Source: Dudresnaya verticillata (Eukaryota). Taken from it: a DNA stretch of 64,000 nucleotides. The notes under the pieces are model-generated. The model had not been told where the DNA came from and made no database searches. It worked only from the letters and a program-made list of their open reading frames with translations. Below, piece after piece: positions 59,285 through 64,000 of this stretch. The stretch covers positions 372,001 through 436,000 of the forward strand of contig OZ374558.1 in the NCBI GenBank assembly GCA_977862235.1, in the 5' to 3' direction. The position numbers and the translations under genes were made by a program. Numbering within the stretch: position 1 is the stretch's first letter; each line of letters opens with the position of its first letter.

Positions 59285-60440
59285 GTGAGCAGCATGGATA
59301 CGATCGCGGTTACGGAAGCGGAAGAACGGGCGAGGATCTAGGTGGTTATCATGGTTACAATGGATCTACAGATGGCTATAGAGGATCGTACGATCGTCAT
59401 TATGGGGAGCGTCATGGTACCCAGCAGCCGTATCGCAGTCAAGGTTACTACAATTCTGGAGACTACAACTCCAGAGGTTATAAGTACGATGACGGGTACA
59501 ATGCCGGTACCGGCGACGGATATGGTTACAGTGGTGGATACAATGGTGACGAAAACCGCATGGACCCGTATCACTCGCACAAAGATTACGGGAGTTCTTC
59601 GCGAGCTGTTACTGGTCAATACGGTCACGCAGGTTCCTCGTACGAAGAACCGACGCAATATCACCGCCGCAGGAACAGCCGATGGATACCAGTGATCCTT
59701 ACCGAAGCTCGCGTTATCCTGCTTCCCGTGCCCCAGCTGTCCGTGCGCCTACCTTTCAGGAGGCTTTCAAGCGTAACAGCACATCTCAAGCAGGACCTAG
59801 TGGCTCAGGTGAAGCCGGTCCGAGCAGCTCAGCTCAAGTAGCTCCCAGTACTGGGACGCATGTCGAGGAAGAAGTGCTAGACCTTCGTCCCCCGGAGACC
59901 CGCACTCGCCCAGGCACGCCGATTCGAGAGCCCGAGCGTGGCCCTGGCAGAAATGGTCCTGTACAGGAATCTGAATTGCGCCGCGCCATTACGCCGTACG
60001 TTGAGAAGGTTTCGGAACGGGAGAATGGTGGTGCCGGTACCTGCAAGGGACCCAAGCAAACTTCCACGCCTAGTCAGCCGTCTCCCTTCGCCCCGACCTC
60101 GCACCAGCAAGCCTTGAGGGATCGCCTTGCTCGGGAGAGTGCGAGCGCTGAAAAGTCTCGAGGCAATGAAGCCGTACGGCATGTGAAGGAGGGCTCGGGC
60201 GTGCCCGGCCCTGCCCGCGTGCAGTCTTCAATTGATGATGGAGAGGTTGCATCCAAAGAGCTGGCTTCCAGCACCGCTGCAAATAAGAAGAGTAGTCGTC
60301 TGTCTGGCTCCCCCGCTACGAAGAAGCTCCGGTCCGACGAGGGTCCATCAGCCTCCTCATGTGCTGATGGACCCGGCGCTGCTCCGCCTACCGACAAGAC
60401 TAAAGCGAACCGTATGGTTGGCAAGGGAAGGACAGAGTAA
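59285..60440 (+). pseudogene. Low-complexity cargo gene fragment (Gly/Tyr/Asp-rich, then Ser/Pro/Ala-rich), 5'-truncated and frameshifted
   Basis: HGYDRGYGSG...GYGYSGGYNGD in ORF 58975..59841 appears to continue in ORF 59682..60440 (MDTSDPYRSS...KKLRS). No start codon of its own; the upstream frame is antisense to the transposase. Confidence 0.55.
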
Positions 60441-60750
60441 TCTGATGAGAGTTGAGTACCAATTCTGTGCTTGAGCTGGTGGAATCGCGAACGCGTTCGC
60501 TACTCGAGTGGCAAGTACAAGATCTTGTGTGCTACATGGAGCTCATTCTAGAATTCATGCAGGATAGAGGTCTCCCCGGTGCCAGAAAGTGAACTGTGAC
60601 CTTGAGTGGCACCATAGTTGCAATATTGCTGTTGTAGTACAGCTATTTGTATGGACCAATGGTAGTAAATGTACGAGATTGATGTGTTTTGTGTTTGAAA
60701 ATTATCTTTTTATTAACACGAAGCGTGCGTTTCAGCAAGCAGCCAGAACG

Positions 60751-61270
60751 TGCGGGCGTACGCCATTACTTGCATACAACCTAACACAATTATGTTTACC
60801 GTGTTGTATCGTATCTATCCCTGCTGACGAATGTAAACTTCGTAGTACTACGTTTGTCTCCAGATTCAATCTGCAACTGCAATCTGTATAGTTTCATCTG
60901 TATAAGCATTGAATACATCGCTAAAATCGCGTAGGATTGTTGTAGCACGTCGTTGACGTATGTTAACATAGTAGTAGTATAGTAAATGTATATACTTTTG
61001 GATCCAGAATCCACGGTTGTATCTGCATGAACATGCAGATAACTCACGCTTCGTGAGTTTAAGAATACAGCCAGCACTTGCGGGCGTACGCCATTACTTT
61101 AAGTTGCGTACAACCTAACACAACTATGTTTGTCCCGTTGTGTCGTACCTATCCCCGCTGACGTATGTAAAAATCGTAGTACTACGTTTGTTGCGTGAAG
61201 CAATTTTATTTATCGCACGGGACTGTGCTAGGTCGTCGTCGATGTACATATATGTAAACATCGTAGTTTG
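60751..61270. repeat. Diverged tandem duplication, period ~328 bp
   Basis: tgcgggcgtacgccattactt...caacctaacacaa...cgtagtactacgtttgt at ~60751 and ~61079. Confidence 0.75.
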
Positions 61271-62285
61271 TCGGAAGAATGCGAAGATCAGCACGTTCGC
61301 GCTTGTTGGGAGGGAGCAGTACATGTACAGATCCGCTAGTTTTCCATCAAGTTGATGATTGGTTAGGAATGATCCTACCAAGATGCATGATCTGTCCACT
61401 CCACAAGACCCTCAAGAAGGAGTATACTCAGATGAGTGTCTTCATAACCCGCATAACCTGCTTGCATAAGCACGAATGCAAAACGCATTACATTTGACAG
61501 AATATTGTTGTAACAATTGTAACAATATTGTTATTTAAATATACGCATGTGTGTGGGAACATCACAAAATTGTGTGGATAGACCATACATAGAAAAGCTT
61601 TAAAGCTTTTCTAAGAATTCTTCGTACGAAGTAAATGCCAATCTACAACAATGGCACATTTGTATAGAAGTGGATAAATAACAAACGGGAATATCCAATT
61701 AATGTACAACTGAAACTTCTTTCCCTAACGTGCGTACGCACTGACCCACTTCTGTGAGATCCAAATAGTTCAACAGATAAATAATCCTATGTATGATACT
61801 AGCATCCTTACGGATAACATCCTTACGGATAATGGCATATGCCATTCTAGAATTTAGAAAACCCTGTCGCAGTGCTATGTAGATGTAGTGAGAACTTCAG
61901 AAATACATGTAAGAACAGCAATTGACTGCTGCGGCTGCAGCTCTGCAGTCGGTCAATTTCTGTTCTTCTAAAGTTATTAATAATCACATAAAACTCCGTA
62001 CGGATGGGTATCGATCGGTCTTCGATGGCAACCATCAAACTGGAATGCGTGTATATAGCATTATTATATGATTACTTTTAAATCGAATAAAACTAGAGAT
62101 GTTGAAAAGGTCCAGTAGGAAACCATACGCGCGAAGTAGCGCTACTTATCAGCTTGAGGGTTTTAGGGATCGCTAACTTTGAAAGTATTTAATGGTACCA
62201 TTCCTCGCATGTGTGCGTACGCGACTGATTGTGTATAAGTATCCAATTAAAGTACTTTACCCGTTGAGTATCAATATATTTATTG

Positions 62286-63536
62286 TTATAGACTGGCTAT
62301 TCCATTGTCCCATTGCTCCTCAATATTATTACCAGAGTTACATTCCCCCATATCCGCCTCCCTGTCCTCCTCCCTTAAATCCACTCCAACTTCTTCCTCG
62401 TTCAGCCTTTTGAACTCCTTTTCGTGCATGCGTACGCATTTGCTTTCCAAAATATTCTTCTGGTTGTACGTTCCAGGGAGCAAATCCTGCAAAGAGAGGC
62501 TGTCCAGCACAATCTTGCATGGGTCGCAGAATCGATTACTCACAAAGCTTGTTGAGTCCAGACTCTTTTGCACTATCTCCTTGATGGTGTGACCCAGAAT
62601 AACAACACATCGCAATGCAGACTTCTGCGTACGCATGAAAGCAGTTTCACCGGATACCCGGCAATATTCGACACAAATGTTCATTGCGACCTGTACCATG
62701 TGAAAAGAGCGACGGATTGTTCTTTTCTCTCCACCAGAGTGCTTCCTGTTGTTCCCGGTACCGGAAACAACATAAACGTCATACTCGCTCAGCAGAACGA
62801 AATCCTCATACTCTTCTAAAATGTTTGAGAAGAGCTTGGAGTTGTAGCTATCGGCTTGCAGGATTTTGGATTCGTCCGAACCTATTGAGCAAATCTCAGT
62901 GTCGGGGATTGCACTGACTTGCCGATCAGTACGAACAGAGCCTTTCCCACTGTTATCCGTACGGATAGCTCCAGAGAGTGCGCCATTTTCCCTCGCCTTG
63001 CCCTCCGAACTGGGCCCATTCCAAAATGCAATACTGGATTGCTGGTCTTGTAACTCAGTACTGAGTGCTTTCCAGTTCACAAGCATGAACCCGATGTTTT
63101 GGAAGAAGGACAATTTCACAGCATCACGGGATGAATGCAGCTGGGTACCCAGTTTCCGATAGACCCTAAGTGCCCCGTGGATTGCCACTTCGTCGGAAGT
63201 TGGGTTCTCCGAAGGGGTGAGTTCACGAGATGCCCTGGACTTCTCCAACTGTGCCCTGGCGTGTAGAATGTGGTCCACATTCACAGCTCCAGACTTCAAC
63301 CAATCCGGACGGATTATTTTTGCCTGCGGATGCCCTTGCAGGTGTTCACCTCCAGAATAATCAGAAGGGCCTTCCAATTTGAGTTGAGATGTTAAAGACG
63401 GATTAGCAGCGGAGGATGAAGTTTGGTCTTTGGCTCGTACGAGACCAAATGGACCATTGGATTTCGGGTCAAGCCCAGACGTCTGTACGGAACCCTTTCC
63501 TCCTGGACAGGACCCTTTTGTGACCGGCGACTCCAT
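62286..63536 (-). CDS. Hypothetical 416-aa protein, probably transposon cargo
   Basis: Long ATG-initiated ORF with a disordered N-terminus, a helical C-terminal half and an acidic tail. No family recognised. Confidence 0.6.
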   Translation of the reverse strand: MESPVTKGSCPGGKGSVQTSGLDPKSNGPFGLVRAKDQTSSSAANPSLTSQLKLEGPSDYSGGEHLQGHPQAKIIRPDWLKSGAVNVDHILHARAQLEKSRASRELTPSENPTSDEVAIHGALRVYRKLGTQLHSSRDAVKLSFFQNIGFMLVNWKALSTELQDQQSSIAFWNGPSSEGKARENGALSGAIRTDNSGKGSVRTDRQVSAIPDTEICSIGSDESKILQADSYNSKLFSNILEEYEDFVLLSEYDVYVVSGTGNNRKHSGGEKRTIRRSFHMVQVAMNICVEYCRVSGETAFMRTQKSALRCVVILGHTIKEIVQKSLDSTSFVSNRFCDPCKIVLDSLSLQDLLPGTYNQKNILESKCVRMHEKEFKRLNEEEVGVDLREEDREADMGECNSGNNIEEQWDNGIASL

Positions 63537-63629
63537 AAAGATCCCGAACGGGTCTCGAAATATGTTGAAGAATAGGTTTTGAACAACAGTAAACTTGAAC
63601 TGGCCATGATGCCTGCCTATCCCTTCCTC

Positions 63630-63998
63630 TCATTGCTTTCTCGTGGCAGCAGGCTGCAAACTGAACATCAAGGCTCCCAGACCAGCTGCACCACGGCTTC
63701 CCACTGAAAGATTCGTGGAGGGCACCGTATCGTTACAGTTTGTACGGGATCCATCAGGTTTCGAAGAACTTCGAAACAAATTGCAGACCAGTACTGGTAC
63801 ATTAAACGACATAATACGAGAAATAAGCATTGGATTGACAACAATATCAATGGAAGGCGTCAATGCATCTAGTTTCTTCTTCATCTCAGACTTTGTTGAC
63901 TTTCGGAAGGTTTTGCCGGTACCGGTTGCACCTTGGCTTCTGGACAGCAGCTGAACATGCCCACGAAGATCTTTCACTTGATCCTGAAGGGCACTTAC
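63630..63998 (-). CDS. C-terminus of a hypothetical protein (start outside the window)
   Basis: Frame is open to the window edge (VSALQDQVKDLRGHVQLLS...). Confidence 0.45.
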   Translation of the reverse strand, partial: VSALQDQVKDLRGHVQLLSRSQGATGTGKTFRKSTKSEMKKKLDALTPSIDIVVNPMLISRIMSFNVPVLVCNLFRSSSKPDGSRTNCNDTVPSTNLSVGSRGAAGLGALMFSLQPAATRKQ

Positions 63999-64000
63999 AA

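Larger units (their letters stand above)
53962..64000 (-). mobile_element. Large CACTA (CMC/EnSpm)-type DNA transposon inserted into the Gypsy; other end outside the window
   Basis: Gypsy homology stops at gctga/CACTACAAG. Subterminal cgggcca repeats at ~53979, 54019 and 54079. Transposase at 56499-59280. Extension to 64000 is inferred from the shared palindrome signature. Confidence 0.75.

Overview
Intron-poor, transposon-rich eukaryotic nuclear DNA, not prokaryotic. A compact-gene alga such as a florideophyte red alga is a plausible but unproven source. Layout: (i) 1-1545 (minus strand) is a secreted protein made of twelve 6-Cys modules plus an Asp/Ser tail; it runs off the window and is absent from the ORF track. 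(ii) 1.9-6.5 kb holds decayed repeats, a foldback element and a tRNA-like Pol III head. (iii) 6577-51215 is three tandem, mosaic copies of a ~12.1-kb unit carrying a SEL1-repeat gene, an F-box/LRR-like gene and a secreted 14-Cys cationic peptide gene. Copies 2 and 3 carry additional insertions: CRE-type and other LINEs, and a DIRS-order tyrosine-recombinase retrotransposon. (iv) 51216-53961 is a Ty3/Gypsy fragment. (v) 53962-64000 is a large CACTA-type DNA transposon with a pseudogenised transposase and cargo ORFs. The most striking unexplained signal is that the CACTA element, in coding and non-coding DNA alike, is saturated with short perfect palindromes of differing arm sequence, mostly centred on GTAC. 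I counted about 49 of >=10 bp by eye in 10 kb, against roughly 1 expected, and none in the adjacent Gypsy. This points to an element-specific palindrome-generating or palindrome-maintaining process. All counts and alignments were done by eye.
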